Below, one piece after another: positions 39,802-52,350 of a DNA stretch of 64,000 nucleotides. The stretch's first letter is position 1; each line of letters opens with the position of its first letter. The position numbers and the translations under genes were made by a program. The notes under the pieces were generated by a model. The model searched no databases, was not told the origin of the DNA, and saw only the letters and a program-made list of their open reading frames with translations. This DNA comes from Malacoraja senta. Its lineage: Eukaryota. Where the stretch lies: NCBI GenBank assembly GCA_038087875.1, contig CM075996.1:2730001-2794000 (forward strand), written 5' to 3'.

Positions 39802-40328
39802 GCCAGGACTCGAGGGTCTGAGCATTAGGGAGAGGTCGAGCAGGCTGGGACTCTATTCCCTGGAGCGCAGGAGGACGAGGGATAATCTTATTGAGGTGTA
39901 TAAAATCATGAGAGGAATAGATCGGGTATTCGGCCTTTAAACTTGACTTCATTATTTGAGCTTCCCCAGCCAATATTTTGTACGACCGAACTTGGAGTGG
40001 GGTCTCACGTCCTCTAATTCTGAGGCTGTGACCTCTGGTCCTAGACTCTCCCACTAGTGGAAACATCCTCTCCGCATCCACTCTATCCAAGCCTTTCGGC
40101 ATTCGGTGAGTTTCAATGAGGTCCCCCCTCATCCTTCTAAATTCTCATTCAGCCTCAACTTCGTCCCTCAGAGAGATCTTCAATTTACGGGGATTAATAG
40201 GTTGATTAAGTTTCAATGAGGTCCCCCCCCCCCCCCATCCTTCTAAACTTCATGCTGCCCAAAGCTTCACACATTAAAGGAAAGTATAATGAAAAATGGG
40301 AGGTCTTCAATAAAACATGAAGGCAATT

Positions 40329-40374
40329 GAGAGAGGCAGAGAGAGAGAGGCAGAGAGAGAGAGCAGAGAGAGAG

Positions 40375-40429
<55 letters not shown>

Positions 40430-41705
40430 CAGAGAGAGAGAGGCAGAGAGAGAGAGGCAGAGAGAGAGGCAGAGAGAGAGAGGCAGAGAGAGAGAGGCAG
40501 AGAGAGAGAGGCAGAGAGAGAGAGGCAGAGAGAGAGAGGCAGAGAGAGAGAGGCAGAGAGAGAGGCAGAGAGAGAGAGGCAGAGAGAGAGGCAGAGGCAG
40601 AGAGGCAGAGAGAGAGGCAGAGAGAGAGAGGCAGAGAGAGAGAGGCAGAGAGAGAGGCAGAGAGAGAGAGGCAGAGAGAGAGGCAGAGGCAGAGAGAGAG
40701 GCAGAGAGAGAGAGGCAGAGAGAGAGAGGCAGAGAGAGAGAGGCAGAGAGAGAGAGGCAGAGAGAGAGAGGCAGAGAGAGAGAGGCAGAGAGAGAGAGGC
40801 AGAGAGAGAGAGGCAGAGAGAGAGAGGCAGAGAGAGAGAGGCAGAGAGAGAGAGGCAGAGAGAGAGAGGCAGAGAGAGAGCAGAGAGAGAGAGAGGCAGA
40901 GAGAGAGAGGCAGAGAGAGAGAGGCAGAGAGAGAGAGGCAGAGAGAGAGAGGCAGAGAGAGAGAGGCAGAGAGAGAGAGGCAGAGAGAGAGAGGCAGAGA
41001 GAGAGAGGCAGAGAGAGAGAGAGGCAGAGAGAGAGGCAGAGAGAGAGAGGCAGAGAGAGAGGCAGAGGCAGAGAGGCAGAGAGAGAGAGGCAGAGGCAGA
41101 GGCAGAGAGCGAGGCAGAGGCAGAGAGAGGCAAAGGCAGAGGCAGAGACAGAGGCAGAGACAGAGAGAGGCGGAGAGAGAGGCAGAGGCAGAGAGAGAGG
41201 CAGAGGCAGAGGCAGAGGCAGAGAGAGAGGCAGAGGCAGAGAGAGAGGCAGAGGCAGAGAGAGAGGCAGAGGCAGAGAGAGAGGCAGAGGCAGAGAGAGA
41301 GGCAGAGGCAGAGAGAGAGGCAGAGGCAGAGGCAGAGGCAGAGAGAGAGGCAGAGGCAGAGAGAGAGGCAGAGGCAGAGAGAGAGGCAGAGGCAGAGAGA
41401 GAGGCAGAGGCAGAGAGAGAGGCAGAGGCAGAGAGAGAGGCAGAGGCAGAGAGAGAGGCAGAGGCAGAGAGAGAGGCAGAGGCAGAGAGAGAGGCAGAGG
41501 CAGAGAGAGAGGCAGAGGCAGAGAGAGAGGCAGAGGCAGAGAGAGAGGCAGAGGCAGAGAGAGAGGCAGAGGCAGAGAGAGAGGCAGAGGCAGAGAGAGA
41601 GGCAGAGGCAGAGAGAGAGGCAGAGGCAGAGAGAGAGGCAGAGGCAGAGAGAGAGGCAGAGGCAGAGACAGAGAGAGGCGGAGAGGGGGAGAGGGGGAGA
41701 GAGAG
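40329..41705. repeat. Polypurine repeat (GGCA(GA)n)n, ~1.37 kb
   Basis: Direct inspection. Confidence 1.
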
Positions 41706-41737
41706 ATGCATGGATGGGATGTTATGAGGTGTCTCAC

Positions 41738-41882
41738 TCATTGAGGGACTCCTTTCTCCTGGTTTGCTCGGCTCGGAGTTTGCGAATGGCGACAGGTCGC
41801 CTCCATTCACCTCATGCCGGGAAGGCTGAGGGCTTGGGAGATAGCTGCGTCTGGAGATGTTGTCGACGTTGGCAGCCTCGAT
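41738..41882 (-). CDS. BAIAP2L2: BAIAP2L2 linker exon ([48 protein letters not shown])
   Basis: 145 nt, cag/gtgaga. Phase 0 in and phase 1 out fit both neighbouring exons. It is the only complex sequence inside a large purine repeat. Confidence 0.75.
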
Positions 41883-41886
41883 CTGT

Positions 41887-42512
41887 GGGGGAGAGGAGAG
41901 GGGAGGGGAGGAGAGGGGAGGAGAGGAGAGGAGAGGGAAGGAGAGGAGAGGAGAGGGGAGGGGAGGTGAGGGGAGAAGAGGAGAGGAGAGAGGAAGGGGG
42001 GAGAGGGGAGGAGAGGGGAGGAGAGGGGAGGAGAGGGGAGGAGAGGGGAGGGGAGGAGAGGGGAGGAGAGGGGAGGAGAGGGGAGGAGAGGGGAGGGGAC
42101 AGGAGGAGTGGGGGGGAGAGGAGAGGAGAGGAGAGCAGAGGGGAGGAGAGGAGAGGAGAGGAGAGGAGAGGAGAGGAGAGGAGAGGAGAGGAGAGGAGAG
42201 GAGAGGAGAGGGGAGGGGAGGGGAGGGGAGGGGAGGGGAGGGGAGAGGGGGGAAGAGGAGAGGAGAGGAGAGGGGAGGGGAGGAGAGAGGAGGGGAGGAG
42301 AGGGGAGGAGAGGAGAGAGGAGGGGAGGAGAGGAGAGGAGAGGGGAGGGGAGAGGAGGAGAGGGGAGGGGAGAGGAGAGGAGAGGGGAGAGGAGAGGGGA
42401 GAGGGGGGGGAGAGGAGGGAGAGAGGAGAGGGGAGGAGGGGGGGGGAGTAGAGGGAGAGGGGGAGGAGAGGAGGGGCAGGAGGGAGAGGGGAGGGGAGGA
42501 GAGGAGGAGAGA
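41887..42512. repeat. Polypurine repeat (GGAGA/GGGGA)n, ~625 bp
   Basis: Direct inspection. Confidence 1.
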
Positions 42513-43063
42513 AAAATCGCTCAATTTGCAGATTTCTTGGCTCTCAATCCACTTGTTCTCAGCAGTGAATTGTTACGTGACAATCGTCATCACGATCGAT
42601 CAATCGACCGATCGAAGCACCATCATGATCAATCGAAGCTCAATCAATCAATAATTCAATCAATTCCAATCTATCAATCGTATCAACCGTTCAGGCAATC
42701 AGTCAGTCAGTCAGTAATCAACTAATCACAGGTAATCAAATAAAATTAATCGTCAGTCAGTCAATGAGACCTCTAGGTTCAGAAGCAGCTTCCTCGCAAC
42801 AACCATCAGGCTATTGAACACTACAAACACCAACGGACTGCGTGGGTTTTCTCCGGGTGCTCCGGTTTCCTCCCACACTCCAAAGCCGTGCAGGTTTGTA
42901 GGTCAATTTGCTTTGGTAAAGTTGTAAATGTCCCTGGTGTGTGCAGGATAGTGCTGGTGTGTACGGGTCGCTGATCAGCGGGGCCTCGGTGGGCCGACGG
43001 GCCTGTTTCCATGCTGTATTTCCAAAGTCTAAAGTCCAAATTAGACACAAAATGCTGGAGTAA

Positions 43064-43480
43064 AGGGCCTGTCCCACGGGCATGCGGCTCCATGCGGCAA
43101 GCGCGACTTAACCGCAAGCGGGGGCCGCGCGCAGGTCGAGTGATCCCCGTACAGGGCCGGTCCCACCAGCATGCGGCAAGCGCTACCAAACCGGAAGCGG
43201 GGGCCGCGCGGAGGTCGAGTGACGTCAAGACGGTGCGTCCGGCGTCGAGGCGGTGCGCACGGCCGTCGATGCGGCTGCGGGGCGGCAGGCTGTTGCCGCA
43301 CGGAATTTTTGAACAGTGTCAGTTTTTCGGAGGCCCCGCGCGATGTCGGGACCAGCTCCGCACAACTCCATACGGCTCCGGCGATCGAAGTGGGACCGGC
43401 CCCGCGACCTCCGCGCGGCCCCCGCTTGCGGTTAGGTTCGCGCTTGCCGCATGGAGTCGAATGCCCGTGGGACAGGCCCT
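43064..43480. mobile_element. PIF/Harbinger-type MITE, GC-rich and largely palindromic
   Basis: Perfect 20-bp TIRs AGGGCCTGTCCCACGGGCAT with TAA TSD. Splits a Penelope repeat at gctggag-TAA-ctcagc. Confidence 0.93.
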
Positions 43481-43644
43481 TAACTCAGCGGGACAGGCAG
43501 CATCTCTGGGGGAAAAGGAATGGGTGACGTCTCGGGTCGAGACCCTTCTTCAGACTGAGAGTCGGGGGAGGGAGAAACTATAGGTATGAAAAGGTTCAGA
43601 ACAAATCTGAGCCGGCACCGATGACCAAGAAGACACTAGATCAT

Positions 43645-44085
43645 TGCCAGGACTCGAGGGTGTGAGCTTTTGGGAGATGTCGAGCAGGTTGGGACTCTAG
43701 TCCCTGGAGCACATGAGGGTGAGGGGTGATCTTATAGAGGTGGACAAAATCATGAGAGGAATAGATCTGGTAGACGCACAGAGTCTCTTGCCCAGAGTAG
43801 GGGAATCGAGGACCAGAGGACACAGGTTTAAGGTGAAGGGGAAGAGATTTAATAGGAGCCTTCTTTCACACAGAGGGTGGTGGGTGTATGGAACGAGTTG
43901 CCGGAGAAGGTAGTTGAGGCTGGGACTATCCCAACGTTGAAGAAACAGTTAGACAGGTGCATGAATAGGACAGGGTTAGAGGGATACAAACGCAGGCAGG
44001 TGGGACTAGTGTAGCTGGGGCTTGTTGGCCAGTGTGGGCACGTTGGGCCAGAGGGCCTGTTTCCACGTTGTATCACTCTGCGACT
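43645..44085 (+). mobile_element. CR1-type LINE (second family) 3' fragment
   Basis: Same family as 1981-2315, 25155-25500 and 62455-62855. Confidence 0.85.
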
Positions 44086-44186
44086 CTATCATTGCTGCCT
44101 TGCTGTGGTTGTGACGGGCCAGATCGCAGGGGAGGGATTGGTTGGTCTGGGAGGGGAGAGAGAGCCTTTCCGATTTTTCCCATTAC

Positions 44187-44309
44187 CACGTTGAGAGGTG
44201 CGCCCATGTTGGGTGGGCGAGGGCTGGACCTGCCCGAGGCGGTGCCATCTGCCGCAGCGCTGGTGTGGTCTCTCCACCCCGGCACCTTGTTGTGGAGGGC
44301 CTCTCGTGC
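44187..44309 (-). CDS. BAIAP2L2: BAIAP2L2 exon, end of I-BAR/IMD domain (AREALHNKVPGWRDHTSAAADGTASGRSSPRPPNMGAPLNV)
   Basis: 123 nt, tgcag/gtaatg, phase 0/0. Resembles human ARGMLQNRVLLWKEQ. Confidence 0.8.
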
Positions 44310-44706
44310 CTGCAACACAGCAGAAGAAATATAGAAGAAGAAGAAAGGGTTAACGGAAGAAGGGGTGGGAAAGGTTGAGAGGGATATGGACCAAACACGG
44401 TGGCGCAGCGGTAGAGTTGCTGCCTTACAGCGAATGCCAGAGACCCAGGTTCGACCCCGACTACGGGTGCTGTCTGTACGGAGTTTGTACCTTCTCCCCG
44501 TGGGTTTTCTCTGAGATCTTCGGTTTCCTCCCACACTCCAAAGACGTGCAGGTTTGTAGGTCAATTGGCTTGGTCTAAATGTAAGTTGTCCCCAGTGTGT
44601 GTAGGACAATGTTTAAGAAGGAACTGCAGATGCTGGAAAATCGAAGGTAGACAAAAATGCTGGAGAAACTCAGCGGGTGCAGCAGCGTCTATGGAGCGAA
44701 GGAAAT

Positions 44707-44906
44707 NNNNNNNNNNNNNNNNNNNNNNNNNNNNNNNNNNNNNNNNNNNNNNNNNNNNNNNNNNNNNNNNNNNNNNNNNNNNNNNNNNNNNNNNNNNNNN
44801 NNNNNNNNNNNNNNNNNNNNNNNNNNNNNNNNNNNNNNNNNNNNNNNNNNNNNNNNNNNNNNNNNNNNNNNNNNNNNNNNNNNNNNNNNNNNNNNNNNNN
44901 NNNNNN
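44707..44906. other. Assembly gap (200 N)
   Basis: Run of N with a round length, so the true size is unknown. Confidence 1.
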
Positions 44907-46845
44907 ACTGTATCACTCTATGATTCTAGGGTCCCGACCCAAACCGTCGCCCATCCATGTTCTCCAGGGCTGCTGCCTGACCTGCTGAGTTACTCCAGCA
45001 TTTTCCGTCTCACCTCGCCAATCAGCTTGATTCTTGCACTCCTGGCTGAAGGCGAAAGGAAGTTGAGGAATATCTTTGCCTCAGAATACTGAAGTCATTA
45101 AGATCAACAGATCAAGAAGGTAGACAAAAACTGCTGGAGAAACTCAGCGGGTGAGGCAGCATCTATGGAGCGAAGGAATAGGTGACGTTTTGGGTCGAGA
45201 CTATTGTATTGAGACTCCTGCACCTATTGTCTATTGTATTGTCTATTGAGGCCCTTCAAGGTCCATAGATTATTCCTTCGCTCCATAGATGCTGCCTCAA
45301 CCGCTGAGTTTCTCTAGCATTTTTTTGTTGTCTACCTTCGATTTTTCCAGCACTGCAGTTCTTTCTTAAACAAGACACCAGAGAAAAAAACATTTCACAA
45401 CAATGCCAGGCCACTGTGCGATTAGTCCGACTAGTTTTGCTCAGTTGATGTTTGGTAGTGAATTGTAGAACGGATAATACTTGACTCTGAATCAGTGGAG
45501 AGCGGGCAAAATATTATCTTTGGACCGGATTACACAGCTCGAGTGTTGTGCCTGGCAGGGGAAGCTGTGTGTAAATATGTGGGATTGAGAAGGAAAGAAT
45601 TCATGTTGGGATGCACGTCAACAATTTGGGAATCGCAGTGTTCTTATCAAAGGGTGAGTGGGCTTTTAGTTTGGAGACACAGAGCGGAAACAGGCCCATC
45701 GGCCCGCCCGACACTAACACTATCTACACACACACACTAGGGACAATTTTTTCAAAGACAATTAACCAGCCATGATCACCTTGAATGGCTCGAAGGGCCG
45801 AATGGCCTACTCCTGCACCTATTGTCTATTGTCTACAACCTGCACGTCTTTGGAGTGCGGGAGCAAATGGGGGGAGGGGGGAACCCACGCAGGTCACGGT
45901 GGGGGGTGGAACGTACAAACTCCGTACAGACGGCACCCGTAGTCAGGATGGAACCCGGGTCTCTGGCGCCGTGAGGCAGCGACACTACCGCTGCGCCACC
46001 GTGCCGCCCACTATTTCTAAACAAAAGGAAAAGACAAGTCAGTGGAACTGATGGCTGGCGTGGACCAGGCTGGGCCTGTCTCTGTGTAGTGGAACTCCGG
46101 GTGTAGTGGAGATGGGGCATGTTGGTCGGTCTGGCAAGTTGGGCCGAAGGGCCTGTTTCCACTCTGTGTGACCCTCTAATTCCATAAATTCTGACAAAGG
46201 GTTAAATATGTAACAGCAAGGCAATAGACAATAGGTGCAGGAGTAGGCCATTCGGCCCTTCGAGCCAGCACCGCCATTCAATGTGGTCATGGCTGATCAT
46301 CCACAATCAGTACCCCGTTCCTGCCTTCTCCCCATATCCCCTGGCTCCACTATTTTTAAGAGCCCTATCTAGCTCTCTCTTGAAAGCATCCGGAGAACGG
46401 CCTCCACCGCCCTCTGAGGCAGAGAATTCCACACACTCACCACTCTCTGTGAGAAAAAGTGTTTCCTCGTCTCCGTTCTAAACGGCTTACTCCTTATTCT
46501 TAAACTGTGCCCTGGGGTGAGAAAATTGTGTGTGGAACTGATGGGTTTAGATGGCACATGAGTATTGAAAGCAGGAATATCAAGGAAAGTTTAGAGTTCG
46601 AGAGTTTTGAGTGCTGCACAATAACTTGTGGTATTAATGGGCTGTCTGTAATTGGAACTGGAGAATTTCAGCCACATGGGATTTCTACAATCTGCGTCAG
46701 AGCCATGGGTTATAAATTGATTGAAAAATACAGCACGGAGACAGGCCCTTCGGCCCACCTAATCCGTGCCAGTTATCGTTCACAGTGGTACCATGTTATC
46801 CCACTTTCTCATCCACACCCTACGATGGGGGGGCAGTTTCCAGCG

Positions 46846-46897
46846 GGTGAGGGAGAGGGGGAATGAGGGAGAGGGAACGAGAGAGAGAGAGAGGGGG

Positions 46898-46932
<35 letters not shown>

Positions 46933-47252
46933 GAAAGAGGGGAACGAGAGAGAGGGAGAGAGAAAGAGGGGAAACGAGAGAGAGAGGGGGGGGGAGAGAG
47001 AGAGAGAGAGAAAGACAAGAAAGAGAGAGGAGAGAATGAGAATGAGAGAGGGAATGAGAGAGGGGAAACGAGAAGAGAGAGAGAGAGAGGGGGGGAGAGA
47101 GAGAGAGAGACGAGAAAGAGGGGAGAGAGAAAGAGAAAGGGAGAGAGAAAAGAGAATGAGAGGGGGAACGAGAGAGGGAGAGAGAGGAGAGAGATAGGAG
47201 GGGGTTGAGAGAAAGAGGGGGAGAGAGAGAGGGCGGAACGAGAGAGGGGGGG
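46846..47252. repeat. GA-rich low-complexity repeat
   Basis: Direct inspection. Confidence 0.98.
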
Positions 47253-47619
47253 GATTAATGTCTGGAGTGATGGAGGGGGTAAATACAAGTAGAATAGAAA
47301 GAGCAGAGGATGTGAGCAGAGGGATCGACAGCAATGTGGAATTCATCGCCACAGACGGCTGTGGAGGCCAAGTCAATGGGTATTTTTAAGGCGGAGATGG
47401 ACAGATTCTTGATCAGTACGGGTGTCAGGGTTACGGGGAGAAGGCAGGAGAATGGGGTTTGTAGGGAGAGATAGATCAGCCACGATTGAATGGCGGAGTA
47501 GACTTGATGGGCCGAATGGCCTAATTCTGCTCCTTCAGAGGGGGTGAGAGAGGGGGAAGTGGGGAGGAAATTGGAGAATTTAATGTTCACACCGTTACCC
47601 AAGCAGAATATGAAGGATT

Positions 47620-48085
47620 GAAGGAACTGCAGATGCTGGTTTACATCAAAGATAGACACAAAGTGCTGGAGTAACTCAGCGGGACAGACAGGCAGCATCT
47701 CTGGAGAGAAGGAATGGGTGACGTTTCGGGTGGAGACCCTTCTTCAGACAGTCAGGGGGAGGGAAAACTACAGGTTAAGAACAAATCAGAGCCGCACTGA
47801 CCAACGAAAGGTGGAGCCCACAATGGTCCATTGTTGGCTGTGTGGGGGAGGTGGTAAGGAAGGGATATGTGGGTGAGAACAGTGGAACTGGCAGGGCGAT
47901 TAGGGTGAGGGAGTGGCAGAAGTTGGAGAGGTCAAATGTTCGTACCGCTGGATTGTAAGCTGCCCAAGCAAACACGAGGTGTTTGCGAGTGGCTTCTCTC
48001 TGGCAGTGGAGGAGGCCCAGGACAGAAAGGTCAGTGTGGAATGGGAAGGGGAGCGGGAATGGTTTTTAGCAACCGGAGATCCAGC
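47620..48085 (-). mobile_element. Penelope-like element 3' end with near-intact hammerhead core (~47720-47747)
   Basis: Reverse-complement homolog of 29655-30170. Confidence 0.78.
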
Positions 48086-48412
48086 AGTCCTTGGCGGACA
48101 ATGTACAAGCGTTGTGGTTTGTTTGGGACGAGTGAGGAAGGCATGTCTCTGCCTTGGACACAAGGCAGACACATGCTGGAGTAACTCAGCGAAGATATAG
48201 ACACAAAGTGCTGAGTAACTCAGCGAAGATATAGACACAAAATGCAGGAGTAACTCAGTGGGGACAGGCAGCATCTCTGGGAGAAGGAATGGGCGAGGTT
48301 TCGGGTCGAGACCCTTCTTCAGACTGAGTGTCAGGGGAGAGCAGAGGTTTGAACAAGACCTTTGCCTCAAGTGGTTCCAGCTTCCTTTTTCCTCCCTTCC
48401 CCGTCCCCGAGG

Positions 48413-48745
48413 CAGGGCCGGCCTCAGGAGGTGTGGGGCCCAATTGGGAACACTTTTGGCGAGCCAAGGTCCGTAGAATCATAGAAATACAAAAAAAAAA
48501 GTCTATTGTGGACATTATATCTCTATGGGGAATGGAAAGTAATCAAAATGTGCGCTTAAAATGTGCACGCGCGTTAATGGACCAAACAGGTCTAAGCTAC
48601 ATTTAAATATAAAATTGCACACATGTAAGCCTACAAGTAAAAAACAAAATGTGTAGATCACCTCTGAAAAGTACATAGAGAGTAGATTACTCCAGCGCGG
48701 GGCCCAATTGGGAGCAATTGGTCCAATTGCTTAAGGCCGGCCCTG
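48413..48745. mobile_element. Non-autonomous hAT-like element
   Basis: TIRs CAGGGCCGGCCT / AGGCCGGCCCTG and subterminal GGGGCCCAATTGGGA repeats. TSD not evident. Confidence 0.7.
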
Positions 48746-49710
48746 ACCCAGCATCACGGTGACGCGGCGGTTAGTGTGGCTACAACTCCACATGTGCAGG
48801 AACAGGCCCTCCCTCTCACAGATGGACTGAGGCCCAGGCAATTACAATTTAGTAGGCCCCCAAAATCAAGATCAAGTAGAGGCCCCTCAATTTTACAGGC
48901 CCACAAATCAAGATCACTTTGAAGCAGACAGGCATGAGGCCTATGCAAAATGGCACTCCCCCCACCCCCCCCCCTCCCCCCCGATAGGCCTGTGTAGGAA
49001 GGAACCGCAGATGCTTGTTTAAACCGAGAAAAAGCCGGAGTAACTCAGCGGGACAGGCAGCGTCTCTGGGGAGAGGGAACGGGTGACGTTTCAGGTCGAG
49101 ACCCTTCTTCAGACCGGTCAGGATAAGGGAAACGAGAGATACAGACGATGATGCAGAGAGATAAAGAACAATGAATGGAAGATAGGCAACAAAAAAAAAG
49201 ATCAATCCCTCCCCCCCCCACCCGAGTCGCACCAGCTTCTCGCTTCCACCCAACAAACAGCTGTTTCTTTTATCACCGTCACTTTTTTTCGGTGATGTTT
49301 TTCTTGGCTCTTGAGTGTGGATGACCAACTGGGAGAACCGGAGAGAACGACGGGTGTTTGAGAGAGAATAAGTCGAAGAGGAAATGGGGCTGAAACAAGA
49401 GACTTAATGTGTCGTGTGGGAAGGGAACTGCAGATGCTGGTTTAAAACCGAAGATAAGACACAAAATGCTGGAGTAACTCAACGGGACAGGCAGCAGCAT
49501 CCCTGGGGAGAAGGGAATGGGCGACGTTCTTGGTCGAGACCCTTGGTCAGACTGGGTTTGCCCTGCGGCGAGCTTGCGGGGGGCAGGATGGGCAGCCTGC
49601 GGTTTGGCGTTCACGAGTAAATCCCCAGCTGAGATGGTGGGGGGTTGTGGGGGGGGAGGGAGAGATCGCAAGCCAGGAGAGACGTCCAAGCAAGGCAGGA
49701 GGAAGGCTGA

Positions 49711-50035
49711 AAGCCCTGTCCCACGGTACGAGTTCATTCCAAGAGCTCTCTCTCCCGAGTTTGCCCCGATTCGAACTCGGGGATTTACGGTAATGGCCGC
49801 TCGTCGGTACTCGGGGCTCTCGTGGACATTTTTCAACGTGTTGAAAAATCTTCACGAGTCTTCCGCGCTTACCTGCCGTTAGCGAGTCTTCCCGAGTACC
49901 TGCCGTTGGCCGCTAAGAGACGTCCCCGAGCTCCGACGTACCCGCTACGTTCATTCTCCGTGCTTACCACGAGTTTGATTTTTTTTTAACTCGGGAGAGC
50001 TCTTGGAATGAACTCGTATAGCGGGACAGGGGCTA
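49711..50035. mobile_element. PIF/Harbinger-type MITE
   Basis: ~40-bp imperfect TIRs (gccctgtcccacggtacgagttcattccaagagctctc), flanked by TGA on both sides. Confidence 0.82.
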
Positions 50036-50039
50036 TGAG

Positions 50040-50570
50040 GAAGGGGTGTGTTGTCTGTTTTTTCCGAGCAAGGGGACCACACCGTAATGCAACCTTATCA
50101 AATGCAAAGCAATATCAATATACATATATTTTTCTTCAGAAGATACGTGATATTTATAACAGAGAGGGTGTTTGTATAAAAAATATATTTAACCGTGAGA
50201 CTGACGAAAGACTTCTGCCTTCGGGGCAAGCCAGTGGGATTACGTACGTAGGCTTATAAAACAGGATGGGCCTGAACGACAACCCATGGACACAGTGGTA
50301 GTTAGTACAAGAAGTTCACTTTGGTGATTTAAGACGCTGCTCTGAAAACTCAATTTATTATTTATTACATAAATTATTTTCTTTCTTTTTTTCTCCTGTC
50401 CTATAAAAGTTGTTTGTAGATATAAAAGATGTACTTTTTTATATTATATGACCATATGTCTCTTTAAAAAAAAAAAAAAAAAATCCACATATTTATTGCT
50501 TTGTAAAATTAATGTACCTCAATGCATTTATTTTGTATACTGTACCAATAAAGACATTTTTCCATACGCT
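50040..50570 (+). other. Orphan plus-strand 3'UTR end with AU-rich elements and AATAAA (50547-50552)
   Basis: Unique AT-rich sequence with a TTATTTATT nonamer at 50358-50366, several ATTTA and TGTA motifs, and a canonical poly(A) signal. Convergent with TMEM184B. Confidence 0.55.
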
Positions 50571-51165
50571 CTGCGTGCTGCACTTGGGCCGATCGCGGCA
50601 AATCGTGGAGGGGAAGGAACCGCAGGTGCCGGCTGTGCACCGAAGATAAGGCACAAAATGCAGAGTACTCAGCGGGACAGGCGGCATTCTCCGGAGAGAA
50701 GGAATGGGCGACCGTTTTCGGGTCGAGGCCCTTCTTCAGGCTGAGAGTGGCGGGCCACAAGAGATAAGGAAGGGCAAGGTGTGAAAGGAGACATCAAAGG
50801 GATGGTGCAAAAAATTGCACTCAAACACATATATACTCAAAATATAGATCTGTGTGTGTGATGTGTGTGCCTGTGTGTGTGTGTCTGTATGTGTGTGTCT
50901 GTGTCTGTGTCTGTGTGTGTGTCTGTGTGTGTGCCTGTATGTGTGTGTACACAAGTGCATACCCTGTATATATGTATGTATATATATATATATGTGTTTA
51001 TTGTGTGTAATGTTTGGCACCATATCATAAACAAATAAATAAATAAATATAAATTAGGTGAGACCAGGTGAGAATAAGTGTTTGGCACGGACTAGAAGGG
51101 CCGAGATGGCCTGTTTCCGTGTTGTAATTGTTATATGGTTAAATGTATGTATATATATCTATTTT

Positions 51166-51222
<57 letters not shown>

Positions 51223-51280
51223 GTGTGTGTGTGTATACATGTATATATATGTGTATTATATGTGTGTGTGTATATATGTG

Positions 51281-51312
<32 letters not shown>

Positions 51313-51867
51313 TACATATACATACACTTAACTTTCCAGTTACAAGAAAAACATCGACTTTAGACAAACGGGCCCTTTGACCCACCGAGTCCATGTCAAC
51401 TGTGCAGGAAGGAAGTGCAGATGCTGGTTTACACCAAAGATAGACACAGAATGCTGGAGTAACTCAGCAGGACAGGCAGCATCTCTGGAGAGAAGGAATG
51501 GGTGAAGTTTCTGGTCGCGATCTAAAAAAGGTCTGAAGAAGGGTCTCGACCCGAAACGTCACCCTTCCTTCTCTCCAGAGATGCTGCTTGTCCCGCTGAG
51601 TTACTCCAGCGTTTGAGTCTGTGGCCACTATCGATTGTGTACAAGAGTCAGGAATTCATGATGCAGCTTTATGGGAGTTTGGTTAGGGCACATTTGGAGC
51701 ATTGTGGGCAGCGTTGGTCAACCATTACAGGATGTGGTGGCTTTGGAAAAGATGCGGAGGAGGTTTACCATAAATGATGCCTGGATAAGAGGGTATTGAC
51801 CACAGGGTGAGGTGGGACAGACATTGGAGCACTCTCCCTGGAGCGGAAAGACCTGATAGATGTTTAT

Positions 51868-52350
51868 AGCGGCGCAGCGGTAGAGTCGCTGCCTCACAGA
51901 GCCACAGACCCGGGTTCGATCCCGACCATGGGTGCTGTCTGTACGGAGTTTGTACCTTCTCCCCGTGACCTGCGTGGGTTTTCTCCGAGATCTTCGGTTT
52001 CCTCCCGCACTCCAAAGACGTGCAGGTTTGTAGGTGAATTGGCTTGGTATAAAATTGTAAATTGTCCCTAGTGTGTGTGTGTGTAGGATAGTGTTAACGG
52101 CCTGACCCACTTTCACGACCTAATTCACAACCTTTTTTACTCGTGGACATTTTTCATCAGGCTAGAAAAAACGCCCCGACCTACTTGATGCCACGAGTAC
52201 CAACGACTAGCATCACGGCCTGCTACGACTTACCTACGACCTCGTGACGACCACGCTGCGAGTATGAGTCAAGGGCAGAGGTCGTGAATTAGGTCGTGAA
52301 AGTGGGGCAGGCCCTTTAATGTACGTGGACTGCTGGTTGGCGCGGAATTA
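51868..52350 (+). mobile_element. HE1-like SINE containing a Harbinger MITE
   Basis: A/B boxes at 51870-51925. The body is interrupted at gtgTTA. Confidence 0.85.
52097..52315. mobile_element. PIF/Harbinger-type MITE (same family as 23237-23465, opposite orientation)
   Basis: TIRs, TTA TSD, and an interior that is the reverse complement of 23237-23465. Confidence 0.9.

Noticed and set aside
40206..42725. 772-aa and related SLSL/ERER ORFs
   Set aside because: They are translations of polypurine repeats. Only 41738-41882 is supported as an exon.
43011..43583. 190-aa Arg/Ala-rich ORF
   Set aside because: It spans a palindromic Harbinger MITE and a Penelope repeat.
27414..44309. BAIAP2L1 or BAIAP2 identity
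   Set aside because: ELFPRGTNPF, the SH3 sequence LVPEAxNGWLxGKLEGS and adjacency to TMEM184B all favour BAIAP2L2.
45014..45088. 75-nt open minus-strand segment with ag/gtgag boundaries (YSEAKIFLNFLSPSARSARIKLIGE)
   Set aside because: It does not resemble the expected BAIAP2L2 I-BAR exon or any protein I recognise, and it lies across the gap. Not callable without RNA data.
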